Source: Steroidobacteraceae bacterium
GTDB taxonomy: Bacteria; Pseudomonadota; Gammaproteobacteria; Steroidobacterales; Steroidobacteraceae
Direction of reading: 5' to 3'
Assembly: GCA_035566495.1 (NCBI GenBank)
Contig: DATMRG010000012.1
Location: 1 to 62,810 of the forward strand
DNA: 62,810 bases
Shown here piece by piece: positions 35,343 through 43,573 of the stretch (its first letter is position 1; the number at the start of each line of letters is the position of its first letter). Below the pieces are notes generated by a model. That model saw only the letters and a program-made list of their open reading frames with translations. It had not been told where the DNA came from and did no database searches. The position numbers were made by a program, and so were the translations under genes.

Positions 35343-36194
35343 TCACTCCTTGGACTTTCTCAACGCGCCGGCGCTGGCGACCCGGGTATGCAGGTTGAAG
35401 GTGGCGCCGGCGACCAGGACGTGAAGCTTGAGCCCCAGTACGCAGGCCGGCTGCCCCTCCTCGACGCTGTCGATCGAGGAGTAGCTGCAGTCTGCGGCGT
35501 CGACGATGGTCACGCCACCGCTCCCCTCGACCTCGACGGTCTCATCGGGACCGATCAGCGCCGCGGTGTCCTCGTCCAGCCCGATGCCGATGGCAAAAGG
35601 GTTGTAGGCGAGCGCGGTCAGGAGCCGGCCGAGCCGGTCGCGCTGGCGGAAGTGCTGATCGATGATGAAGCGGTTGGTGAGCCCGAGGCCCGGCGCGAGC
35701 CGGACGCTCCCGGCGATCACCGAGGAACCCTCGTCCCCGGCCGCGATCATGTGCTCGGAGAGAATGCTGGCGCCGGCGCTCGTGCCGCCGATGGTGACGC
35801 CGCGGGCGTTGGCGCTGCGGATGAGCTTGGCGACCGCCGTGCCCCCGAGCAGGGTCGTCAGGCGCAGCTGGTTGCCGCCGGTGAAGAAAATGCCGCTCGC
35901 CTCGGCGAGACGCTCGAGCCTCCCCGGCTCCTGGCAGTCGCGGCGCGTGTCGAAATCCATGGCCGTCACCCGTGCAGCGCCGATGTCGCTGAACAGCTGC
36001 TCGTAGCGCGGCCCGGTCTCATGCACGCGGCTCGCGGTCGGTATGACCACGATATCCGCTGCTGCGCCGCCCGCAGCGCCGACGAAGCGCTCGAGAATGC
36101 GGCGATCGTTCTCCTTGTTCTCCGCGCCACCGATGGCGATGATCCATCCGCGCTGCTGGCCCTCCGGAACTCTGCTGGGCATTCGCTCCGCCAC
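35343..36194 (-). CDS. cphB: Cyanophycinase (peptidase S51), no signal peptide
   Basis: WIIAIGGAENKEND...IVVIPTAS...IFFTGGNQLRL...GVTIGGTSAGASILSEHMI (GxSAG nucleophile). GTG 36194 or ATG 36182 could be the start. Confidence 0.9.
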   Translation of the reverse strand: MAERMPSRVPEGQQRGWIIAIGGAENKENDRRILERFVGAAGGAAADIVVIPTASRVHETGPRYEQLFSDIGAARVTAMDFDTRRDCQEPGRLERLAEASGIFFTGGNQLRLTTLLGGTAVAKLIRSANARGVTIGGTSAGASILSEHMIAAGDEGSSVIAGSVRLAPGLGLTNRFIIDQHFRQRDRLGRLLTALAYNPFAIGIGLDEDTAALIGPDETVEVEGSGGVTIVDAADCSYSSIDSVEEGQPACVLGLKLHVLVAGATFNLHTRVASAGALRKSKE

Positions 36195-36316
36195 TCCTTA
36201 TATAGAGGTAGTTCCAGGCGGAAAGGTATCACGCCCGGCCCGGCGGCCGGGAGGCTCGAGCCCGGCACTGTGACCCTGCGCCCAGAAATGACCCGGCTGG
36301 CCCTCAGGGAGTCGCA

Positions 36317-36589
36317 ATGATTGGAACATTGACGCTGAGCTCCGCGGCACTGTTACTGGTCACGACGGCCGCACTCGCAGCTCCGCCGGTCGAGGACATC
36401 GGCAAGAGACACCCGAACCTGGCCGCCGCCCAACGTCTCTCGCATCAGGCCTGGGAGCGGATCACCGCCGCCCAGCAGGCGAACGAATGGGACATGGATG
36501 GCCACGCCGCCAAGGCCAAGGAGCTGCTCGACAAGGTCAATGAAGAGCTTAGGATGGCCGCCGAAGCCGCCAACAAGAACCACAAGTAA
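36317..36589 (+). CDS. Hypothetical small exported helical protein (90 aa)
   Basis: SD AGGGAG before ATG 36317. Signal peptide MIGTLTLSSAALLLVTTAALAAP. Followed by a clear terminator. Confidence 0.7.
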   Translation: MIGTLTLSSAALLLVTTAALAAPPVEDIGKRHPNLAAAQRLSHQAWERITAAQQANEWDMDGHAAKAKELLDKVNEELRMAAEAANKNHK

Positions 36590-36617
36590 CGCGCGCTCCG
36601 GCTGCTGAGCGCTCCAC

Positions 36618-36650
36618 GAGCCCGGCCTCACGGCCGGGCTCGTTTTGTTT
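36618..36650 (+). terminator. Rho-independent terminator
   Basis: GAGCCCGGCC-tcac-GGCCGGGCTC followed by GTTTTGTTT. Confidence 0.85.
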
Positions 36651-36672
36651 CCGGGCGCAGGCGTCGCCCCGC

Positions 36673-37902
36673 TCAGCCGCGCACGAGCTGGTGCACTCCC
36701 TCGACGAGGCGCGCGACTTCCCCGGCGGTCGTGTAAGCCGCGCAGCCGGCGCGCACCAGGCCGTCGTGCTCGTGGCCGAGCGCCCGCACGGCGGTGGTGG
36801 CGTAGAAATCCCCGTGCGATACGAACACGCCCAGCGCCGCGAGGTGCGCGGCGACCGCCGCGCTCGCATGCCCCGCGACCGCAAACGACAGAGTGGCGGT
36901 GCGCGCCGGGCCGGGCGGCGGTCCATAGACCTCGACGCCCTGGACCTTGCTCAAGCCACCCCACAACTGCCCGAGGAGCTCCGCACCGCGCTCGTGCAGG
37001 ACTTGCGACACCTGCGCGAGCCGCTCGCGCCGCGGTGCGTGGCCGCGGGCGAGCGAGGCCAGAAAGTCGATCGCCGCGCCGGCGCCGACGATCCCCTCGT
37101 GGTTCAGCGTACCGGTCTCGAGGATCTCGGGCGGCTCCCCCGAGGCAGGCGCGAGCTTGGGCGGATCGAGCTCTCCGAGGAGCTCGCGCCGTCCCCACAG
37201 CACCCCGACGTGCGGACCGTAGAATTTGTAGGCGGAGCAGGCGAAGAAATCGCAGTTCCAGGCGCGCACGTCCGGCATCTGGTGGGCGGCGTAGTGCACG
37301 CCGTCGACGAATACCAGCGCGCCGGCCGCGTGGGCGCGCGCGGTGAGCTGCTCGACGTCGTTGATGGTGCCGAGCGCGTTGGAGGCGGCGCCGAGCGCCA
37401 GCAGGCGCACGCCGGGGGTGAGCTTGGCTTCCGCGTCCGCCGCGTCGAGCCGCCCGTCCTCGCGCCGCATGCGGATCGCGCGGATCTCGACCCCGCGCTC
37501 GCGCGCGAGCGCCCGCCAGGTGTCGGAATTGGCGTGGTGATCGAGCTCGGTGACCACCACCACGTCCCCGCCCCGCCAGCCGCGCCCGAGCGCCCGCCCG
37601 AGATGGAAGGTGAGCGTCGTCATGTTGGCGCCGAACGCGATCTCGTCGGCGGCGCCGCCGAGCCAGTCCGCCAGCGCCGCCCGCGCGGCGCCGAGTGCCG
37701 CGTCGGTCTCGCGGCTCGAGGGAAAATCCCAGTGAGTGTTGGCGTTGTGGTTGAGCAGATAGTCGGTCATCGCGGCCGTCACCGCGCGCGGTACCTGCGT
37801 TCCGCCCGGACCGTCGAAGTAGGCGACCGGGAAGCCGTTGTGGCTGCGCGCGAGCGCGGGGAAATGACTGCGAATCTCTTCGACGCCGGCGACTTCGGTC
37901 AT
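36673..37902 (-). CDS. Class-V aminotransferase fold, cysteine-desulfurase-like PLP enzyme (409 aa from ATG 37902)
   Basis: IRSHFPAL...YFDGPGGTQVPRAV..., PLP-lysine context FFACSAYKFYGPHVGVLWG. Confidence 0.82.
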   Translation of the reverse strand: MTEVAGVEEIRSHFPALARSHNGFPVAYFDGPGGTQVPRAVTAAMTDYLLNHNANTHWDFPSSRETDAALGAARAALADWLGGAADEIAFGANMTTLTFHLGRALGRGWRGGDVVVVTELDHHANSDTWRALARERGVEIRAIRMRREDGRLDAADAEAKLTPGVRLLALGAASNALGTINDVEQLTARAHAAGALVFVDGVHYAAHQMPDVRAWNCDFFACSAYKFYGPHVGVLWGRRELLGELDPPKLAPASGEPPEILETGTLNHEGIVGAGAAIDFLASLARGHAPRRERLAQVSQVLHERGAELLGQLWGGLSKVQGVEVYGPPPGPARTATLSFAVAGHASAAVAAHLAALGVFVSHGDFYATTAVRALGHEHDGLVRAGCAAYTTAGEVARLVEGVHQLVRG

Positions 37903-38008
37903 GGCAGGCCTGCGGGTGGACGGTGGGCGCCGCACTATAACGCGCAGGCTGCCCGGCGTGCCTCAGGCGGGCTTGACCGGGCCACATCGATCGGATCTAT
38001 TGCCGCGC

Positions 38009-39847
38009 ATGCCCACGCGACGGCGGATTGCCGGCTGGATTGCGCTCGCGCTCGTGGCGGCGCTCGGCTATGCCGGCTACCGCACCGCGTGGGGCAAACC
38101 GTTCAGCATCAACATGCTGGCCGACCGCCAGGCGCTCGAGTTCCTGATGAGGAATCCGGAGATGTTCACCGCCGTCGGCCTCGGCGAAGGCTCGATCTTC
38201 GATTACCACTCCGCCAAGCTCGCTCCCTACACCCTGCGCCAGCGCGACGACGACTACGCGCAGCTCACCCGCTTCCTTGCCGAGGTGCGCAAGTTCGACC
38301 GCGCCAGCCTCGGGCGCGAGGATCAGATCACCTACGACATCCTGGTCGACCAGTACGAGACCGGGCTCTCATTCCGGCGCTTCGGCTGGCTGCAGGGGGA
38401 CGAGCTCTACCCGGTGAGCCCGATGTTCGGCGTCGAAGTCGAGCTCTCGACCTTCATGCAGACAGTCCACGTGGTCACCAACGACAAGACCGCGCGCAAC
38501 TACGTGCGGCGCCTCGAGGCCATGGGCGACAAGCTCGATCAGGTCACCGCCGCGATGCGGCGCCAGGCGCAGGCGGGCGTGGTGCTGCCGCCCTCGCTCC
38601 TCGAGCGCTCCCTCACCGTCATTCGCGACATGGTGAGTGCCGCCCCCGCGCAGAACGCACTGATCACGAGCTTCGCGGCGCGGATGGACCAGGTGAAGTC
38701 GCTGGACGCGGCCCGCAAGCGACAGCTCGAGAGCCAGGCGATCGCGGCGGTCGGTTCACGGGTCTACCCGGCTTACGCCCGCATGAGTGCGGCGCTCGAG
38801 GCCGAGCGGCCGGCCGCCGCGACTCAGGCGGCGGGCGTCGGCCGGCTGGCCGATGGCGCCGCCTACTACGCCCTGCAGCTCAAGGCGAACACGACCACCG
38901 ACTACACGCCCGGGCAGGTGCATGCGCTCGGGCTCGCCGAGGTGGCGCGCATCAGCGCTGAGATGGATAGTCTGCTCGCCGCGCACGGGCTCGCAGCGGG
39001 CAGCGTCGGCGAGCGCATGGCGGCGCTCGCCCGGGATCCGCGCTTTCTCCTGCCGGACGATGCCGACGGCCGGCGCCAGGCGCTGGCCCGCTATCGGGAG
39101 ATCCTCGACGAGGTGAGCGCGCGCATGCCCGAGTACTTCCGCAACGTCCCCGCGAAACGGCTCGCGGTCGAGCGCGTGCCGGCATCGCAGGAGAAGGGCG
39201 CCTCGGGAGCCTATTACCAGCAGGCCGCGATGGACGGCTCGCGCCCCGGCGTCTTCTTCGCCAACCTGAGGGACATGAGCGAGGTGCCGACCTGGGGAAT
39301 GAAGACGCTCGCCTACCACGAGGGCGTCCCCGGCCACCATCTGCAGGTCTCGATCGCGCTCGGTCTCAAGAACCTGCCGCTGATCCGTGAGCAGACGCTC
39401 TACCCCGCGTACGCCGAGGGTTGGGCGCTGTACGCCGAGCAGCTCGCCGCCGAGATCGGCATGTACAAGGTCGACCCGTGGGGCAACCTCGGGCGGCTGC
39501 AGCTCGAGCTGGTGCGCGCGGCGCGGCTCGTGATCGACACCGGCATCCACGCCGAGGGCTGGAGCCGCGAGCAGGCGATCGCTTACATGGTCGCGACCAC
39601 CGGCAAGCCCGAATCCGAAGTCGCATCCGAAGTCGAGCGCTACATGGCGATGCCGGGCCAGGCGTGCTCCTACAAGGTCGGCGAGCTCAAGATCCTCGAG
39701 CTGCGCGCCAGGGCGCGCGCGGCGCTCGGTCCCAAGTTCAACCTGAAGGACTTCCACACGGTGATTCTCGAAAACGGCAGCGTGCCGCTCACGCTTCTCG
39801 AGCAACTGGTCGACGAATGGATCGCGCGCACGCGAGGTGCAACATGA
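38009..39847 (+). CDS. DUF885-family putative metallopeptidase, membrane-anchored/exported
   Basis: ATG 38009 gives MPTRRRIAGWIALALVAALGYAGY (signal/anchor). Family motif AYHEGVPGHHLQ plus GWALYAEQLA. Confidence 0.8.
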   Translation: MPTRRRIAGWIALALVAALGYAGYRTAWGKPFSINMLADRQALEFLMRNPEMFTAVGLGEGSIFDYHSAKLAPYTLRQRDDDYAQLTRFLAEVRKFDRASLGREDQITYDILVDQYETGLSFRRFGWLQGDELYPVSPMFGVEVELSTFMQTVHVVTNDKTARNYVRRLEAMGDKLDQVTAAMRRQAQAGVVLPPSLLERSLTVIRDMVSAAPAQNALITSFAARMDQVKSLDAARKRQLESQAIAAVGSRVYPAYARMSAALEAERPAAATQAAGVGRLADGAAYYALQLKANTTTDYTPGQVHALGLAEVARISAEMDSLLAAHGLAAGSVGERMAALARDPRFLLPDDADGRRQALARYREILDEVSARMPEYFRNVPAKRLAVERVPASQEKGASGAYYQQAAMDGSRPGVFFANLRDMSEVPTWGMKTLAYHEGVPGHHLQVSIALGLKNLPLIREQTLYPAYAEGWALYAEQLAAEIGMYKVDPWGNLGRLQLELVRAARLVIDTGIHAEGWSREQAIAYMVATTGKPESEVASEVERYMAMPGQACSYKVGELKILELRARARAALGPKFNLKDFHTVILENGSVPLTLLEQLVDEWIARTRGAT

Positions 39848-41373
39848 CAGCCCGCCGGCGGGAATCGCACCGCGCGGCGGCCGCGGGTCAGGCGCCGCGC
39901 TCGGTGCGCTATCGTCACCTGGTCAATCCCTTCGAGCCGGTGCGGATCTTCTCCGAGGAGCAGGTCGAGAGCATGCACCTGGCGGCGCTCGGCATCCTCG
40001 AGCGCCAGGGCATGCGGGTGCTGTCGCCGCGCGGACGGACGGTGCTGGCCGCCGCCGGCGCCGCGGTCGAGGAGGCGACGCAGATGGTGAGGCTCGATCC
40101 CGGCATGGTGACCGCGGCGCTCTCGACGGTGCCCCACGAGGTCAACCTGGTCGCGGGCAACCCGGAGCGCAGCTGCCGCGTGGGCGGCCGCCACGTGGTG
40201 TTCGCGCCGGTCGCAGGCCCGCCGAGCGTCAGCGACCTCGGGCGCGGCAAGCGCCAGGGCACCATCGCCGACTACCGCGACCTGGTGCGGCTGTCGCAGG
40301 CCTTCGACGTGATCCACGTGCTCGGGCAGATGACCGAGCCGGGCGATGTGCCGGTGCACGAGCGCCATCTCGATACCACGCTCGCGCAGCTGACCCTCGG
40401 CGACAAGCCGCCCTACTTCTACTGCCGCGGCGCCGGGCAGCTCGGCGACTGCTTCGCGATGCTGCGCATCGCGCACGGCATCGACGAGGAGACGTTCCGC
40501 CGCGAGCCGCGCTGCTACAGCATCTGTAACACCAACTCGCCGCTCCAGCTCGACCTGCCGATGACCGACGGCATCATCGAGTTCGCCCTCAACGGCCAGC
40601 TGATGATCGTCACGCCCTTCACGCTCGCCGGCGCGATGGCGCCGATCACCATTCCCGGGGCGCTGACGCTCGCGCACGCCGAAGCGCTGTTCGGGCTCAC
40701 GCTCAGCCAGATCGTGCGCGCCGGCGCGCCGGTCATGTACGGCAGCTTCACCTCGAACGTCGACATGAAGTCGGGCTCGCCGGCCTTCGGCACCCCCGAG
40801 TACGCCAAGGCGGCGTTCGGCGCCGGACAGCTGGCGCGGCGCATCGGCGTGCCGTGGCGCTGCTCGAGCGCGACCGCCGGCAACGCGCCGGATGCGCAGG
40901 CCGCTTACGAGTCGCAGATGAGCCTTTGGGGCGCGCTGTTCGGCGGCTGCCACTTCGTGCTGCACGCCGCCGGCTGGCTCGAGGGCGGTCTGACCGCTTC
41001 CTACGAGAAGTTCATCCTCGACGTCGAGATGCTGCAGATGTTCGCCGAGCTGTTCCAGCCGGTGCCGGCCTCGAGCGACGACATCGGCGTCGAGGCGGTC
41101 GCGGAGGTGGGTCCCGGCGGCCACTTCTTCTCGGCCGCCCACACCATGCAGCGCTACCGCGACGCGTTCTACGCCCCGCTGGTCTCCGACTGGCGCAACT
41201 ACGGGCAGTGGTTCGACGACGGGGCGAAGACCGCCACCGAGCGCGCCTGCAAGGTGTGGCAGAGCACGCTGGCCGCGTTTCAGCCGCCCGCCATGGATCC
41301 GGCCGTGACCGCGGCGCTCGAGGCGTTCGTCGCGCGCCGCCGCGCCGAGGGCGGCGCCCCGCCGCAGACCTGA
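39844..41373 (+). CDS. MttB-superfamily (trimethylamine-methyltransferase fold) protein, non-pyrrolysine type (509 aa)
   Basis: ATG 39844 overlaps the DUF885 stop (ATGA). FSEEQVESMHLAALGILERQGMRV..., TNSPLQLD..., PFTLAGAMAPITIPGAL..., EKFILDVEMLQM... There is no in-frame TAG. The track ORF 39421..41373 is over-extended upstream. Confidence 0.85.
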   Translation: MTARRRESHRAAAAGQAPRSVRYRHLVNPFEPVRIFSEEQVESMHLAALGILERQGMRVLSPRGRTVLAAAGAAVEEATQMVRLDPGMVTAALSTVPHEVNLVAGNPERSCRVGGRHVVFAPVAGPPSVSDLGRGKRQGTIADYRDLVRLSQAFDVIHVLGQMTEPGDVPVHERHLDTTLAQLTLGDKPPYFYCRGAGQLGDCFAMLRIAHGIDEETFRREPRCYSICNTNSPLQLDLPMTDGIIEFALNGQLMIVTPFTLAGAMAPITIPGALTLAHAEALFGLTLSQIVRAGAPVMYGSFTSNVDMKSGSPAFGTPEYAKAAFGAGQLARRIGVPWRCSSATAGNAPDAQAAYESQMSLWGALFGGCHFVLHAAGWLEGGLTASYEKFILDVEMLQMFAELFQPVPASSDDIGVEAVAEVGPGGHFFSAAHTMQRYRDAFYAPLVSDWRNYGQWFDDGAKTATERACKVWQSTLAAFQPPAMDPAVTAALEAFVARRRAEGGAPPQT

Positions 41374-41377
41374 GTCC

Positions 41378-42418
41378 TCAGCGGATCCTGAGCACGATCT
41401 TGCCGAGCACGTGGCCGGCCGCCATGCGCTCTTGCGCCTTGGCGGCCTCCGCCAGCGGGAATTCCGCCGCGATCGGCACTTCGAGCTTCGCGGCGACGGT
41501 TGCCTGGTTCAGCCGCTCATACTCGGCGGGGCCCGTGAGGGCGTCGTACTTCGTGAGCGCAAGTCCTGGACGCGGCTTGGGCTCGGGACGCACGCCGGAT
41601 GGAAACGCCACCCGCCCGCCGGGCTTGAGCGCGTCGATGCAGGCCTCGAGCGCATCTCCGCCGGCGAACGCCAGCACCGCATCGACCCCGCCGGGCGCGA
41701 GCCCACGGGCGGCGGCGCGGATATCACCGTGCCGGCCATCGACCGCAGCGGTGGCGCCGAGGCGCCTGACGAAGCTCACGCCGTCGTCGCCCGATGCGGT
41801 TGCCAGCACCTTCACGCCGCGCAGCTTCGCGAACTGCACGGCGAGGCTGCCGACGGCACCGGAGGCGCCGTGGATGATGAGAGTCTCGCCGGCCTTGACG
41901 TGCAGCGCGTCGTCGACTCCCTGGAGTGCCGTGAGCGCGCTCACGGCCATCGCTCCCGCGTCCTTCAAGCTCATACCGGCCGGCACGTGGCCGACGACCT
42001 TCGCGGGCAGCGCGACGTACTCGGCGTAGAAACCGCCCTTGGGGTTGTCCCAGGCGTAGGCGTACACCGCATCCCCGGGTTTGAATTCGTGCACTTGGGT
42101 GCCAACCGCCGCCACGGTCCCCGCCCCATCGACACCGAGCACGATCGGGAAATTCCTCGCCTTCCAGTAGTCGAGTCGCTCGCGCACGTCGATGTCCCAG
42201 GGGCCCACGCCGGCGGTGTCGAGCGCGATCAGCACCTCGTCCGCCCCGGGCTGCGGCACGGGCACCTCGTGCAAGGTGAGGACTTCGGGGCCGCCCTTTC
42301 GATCGATGGCGGCGGCGTGCATGCTCGCCGGTACTGCCGGGCTGGCCGCCCAGGCGGCGCCCGCTACGGCACTGACCCACGCCAACAACAGGATTCCCGC
42401 GGCGCGCGACACTTTCAC
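41378..42418 (-). CDS. MDR-superfamily NAD(P)-dependent quinone oxidoreductase/alcohol dehydrogenase with a predicted N-terminal signal peptide
   Basis: GTG 42418 is preceded by AGGGAG at 9 nt. MKVSRAAGILLLAWVSAVAGAAWA|AS, then MHAAAIDRKGGPEVLTL..., nucleotide-binding GETLIIHGASGAVGSLAVQFAKLRGVKVLA. The alternative start is ATG 42322. Confidence 0.85.
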   Translation of the reverse strand: MKVSRAAGILLLAWVSAVAGAAWAASPAVPASMHAAAIDRKGGPEVLTLHEVPVPQPGADEVLIALDTAGVGPWDIDVRERLDYWKARNFPIVLGVDGAGTVAAVGTQVHEFKPGDAVYAYAWDNPKGGFYAEYVALPAKVVGHVPAGMSLKDAGAMAVSALTALQGVDDALHVKAGETLIIHGASGAVGSLAVQFAKLRGVKVLATASGDDGVSFVRRLGATAAVDGRHGDIRAAARGLAPGGVDAVLAFAGGDALEACIDALKPGGRVAFPSGVRPEPKPRPGLALTKYDALTGPAEYERLNQATVAAKLEVPIAAEFPLAEAAKAQERMAAGHVLGKIVLRIR

Positions 42419-42532
42419 GGTGGCGTACTCCCTGGCTCTCTGAGGCTGGTCATCATACGTGCGCGCCGCTCGCGGCCGGGTGGTTTCGGGCAGCCTCCGG
42501 CCGCGCCCGGCGCACCGCTCGCCGCGCCGCGC

Positions 42533-43084
42533 TCAGTGCGCTTCCGCCGGCTTGCGCCGGTACTCGTGATCGAACAGCGCTTCGAGGTCGGGATGCACCC
42601 CGCGCAGGCGGTCGACTACCGCCTTGGCCCAGTCGAAGTACTCGCGCCGCCGCTGCAGCGACCAGTCGGCGGGCGGTGAGTCCACCATATCGCGCAGGTT
42701 GCAGATCTTGTCGGCGAGCTTGACCAGCCGCGCGGGGCGGCTGAGGTGCGCCGCGTGCTCGATCTGCAGCCGCTTGCGCTCGGCCTTCGGCAGAGTCTTG
42801 TCGTCGGTCACCTCGCGTACGACCCCCGCCACCTCCTTGCCGAAGGAGCGCTCGAGGTCCTCGAAGCTGGTCGCCGTGTCCTCGACCGTGTCGTGCAGCA
42901 ACGCCGCCATCAGCACGGTCGGGTCGCGCTCGCCGCGCTCGGCCAGGAGATTCGCCAGGGCGAGCGGATGATTGATGTAGGGCGAGGCGTCCTTGCCCTT
43001 GCGCCGTTGGTCCCGGTGGCGCTCGGCGGCGAAGCTCGCGGCGCTCAGCACCCTCGAGATGGGATCCAGGGTTGTCGGTGTCAT
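42533..43084 (-). CDS. HD-domain (p)ppGpp-hydrolase-like small alarmone hydrolase (183 aa)
   Basis: [29 protein letters not shown]...[10 protein letters not shown]...VREVTDDK...[12 protein letters not shown] is a RelA/SpoT-type HD hydrolase pattern with no synthetase domain. Confidence 0.8.
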   Translation of the reverse strand: MTPTTLDPISRVLSAASFAAERHRDQRRKGKDASPYINHPLALANLLAERGERDPTVLMAALLHDTVEDTATSFEDLERSFGKEVAGVVREVTDDKTLPKAERKRLQIEHAAHLSRPARLVKLADKICNLRDMVDSPPADWSLQRRREYFDWAKAVVDRLRGVHPDLEALFDHEYRRKPAEAH

Positions 43085-43145
43085 GGGCCGATTGTGCCAA
43101 AGGCCGGCTTGCGCCGCTCCGAGCGCGGACGTACTGTTCTCTCTC

Positions 43146-43571
43146 ATGCAAAGGGTTGGCGGCGGTTGTCACTGCGGCAACATCCGCGTCGAGCTGGAGC
43201 TGACGCGTACCGCCGGTACCTACAATCCGCGCGCCTGTGACTGCGACTTCTGCCGCAAGCACCGGGCGGCGTACGTCTCCGACCCGCAGGGCTCGCTCCT
43301 CATCCTCATTCGCGACGAGCGCGACTCGGGCCGCTACGCGCAGGGCAGCGGCCAGGCGGAGCTGCTGCTCTGCCGCAATTGCGGCGTGCTGGTCAGTCCT
43401 CTCTATCGCCAGGCCGGGCGCCTGTACGCCGCGGTGAACGCCAACGTCGTGGAGGGCGTCGCCTTCGGAGCGCAGCAGCCGGTGTCGCCACGCGCGCTCG
43501 GCGCGGACGATAAGGTGAAGCGCTGGAAGGAGCTGTGGTTCTCGAACGTCACGATGCGGGTGAGCACCTGA
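43146..43571 (+). CDS. GFA/CENP-V-family zinc protein (glutathione-dependent formaldehyde-activating enzyme-like)
   Basis: [17 protein letters not shown]...CDCDFCRKH...CRNCG cysteine pattern. The start is ATG 43146 within track ORF 42993..43571. Confidence 0.75.
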   Translation: MQRVGGGCHCGNIRVELELTRTAGTYNPRACDCDFCRKHRAAYVSDPQGSLLILIRDERDSGRYAQGSGQAELLLCRNCGVLVSPLYRQAGRLYAAVNANVVEGVAFGAQQPVSPRALGADDKVKRWKELWFSNVTMRVST

Positions 43572-43573
43572 CA

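Noticed and set aside
36353-38961. ORFs 36353-37987 (minus, 544 aa) and 36691-38961 (plus, 756 aa).
   Set aside because: They are alternative frames or strands of the class-V aminotransferase and DUF885 genes, with Arg-rich, motif-free translations.
39421-39843. Upstream extension of the MttB-family ORF (track start 39421).
   Set aside because: It overlaps the 3' end of the DUF885 gene in another frame. ATG 39844 overlaps the DUF885 stop (ATGA) and gives a normal-length MttB N-terminus.
39844-41373. Possibility that the MttB homologue is a pyrrolysine (in-frame TAG) enzyme.
   Set aside because: The ORF is continuous with no internal TAG, and no pyl genes are in the window. It is therefore the non-Pyl class.
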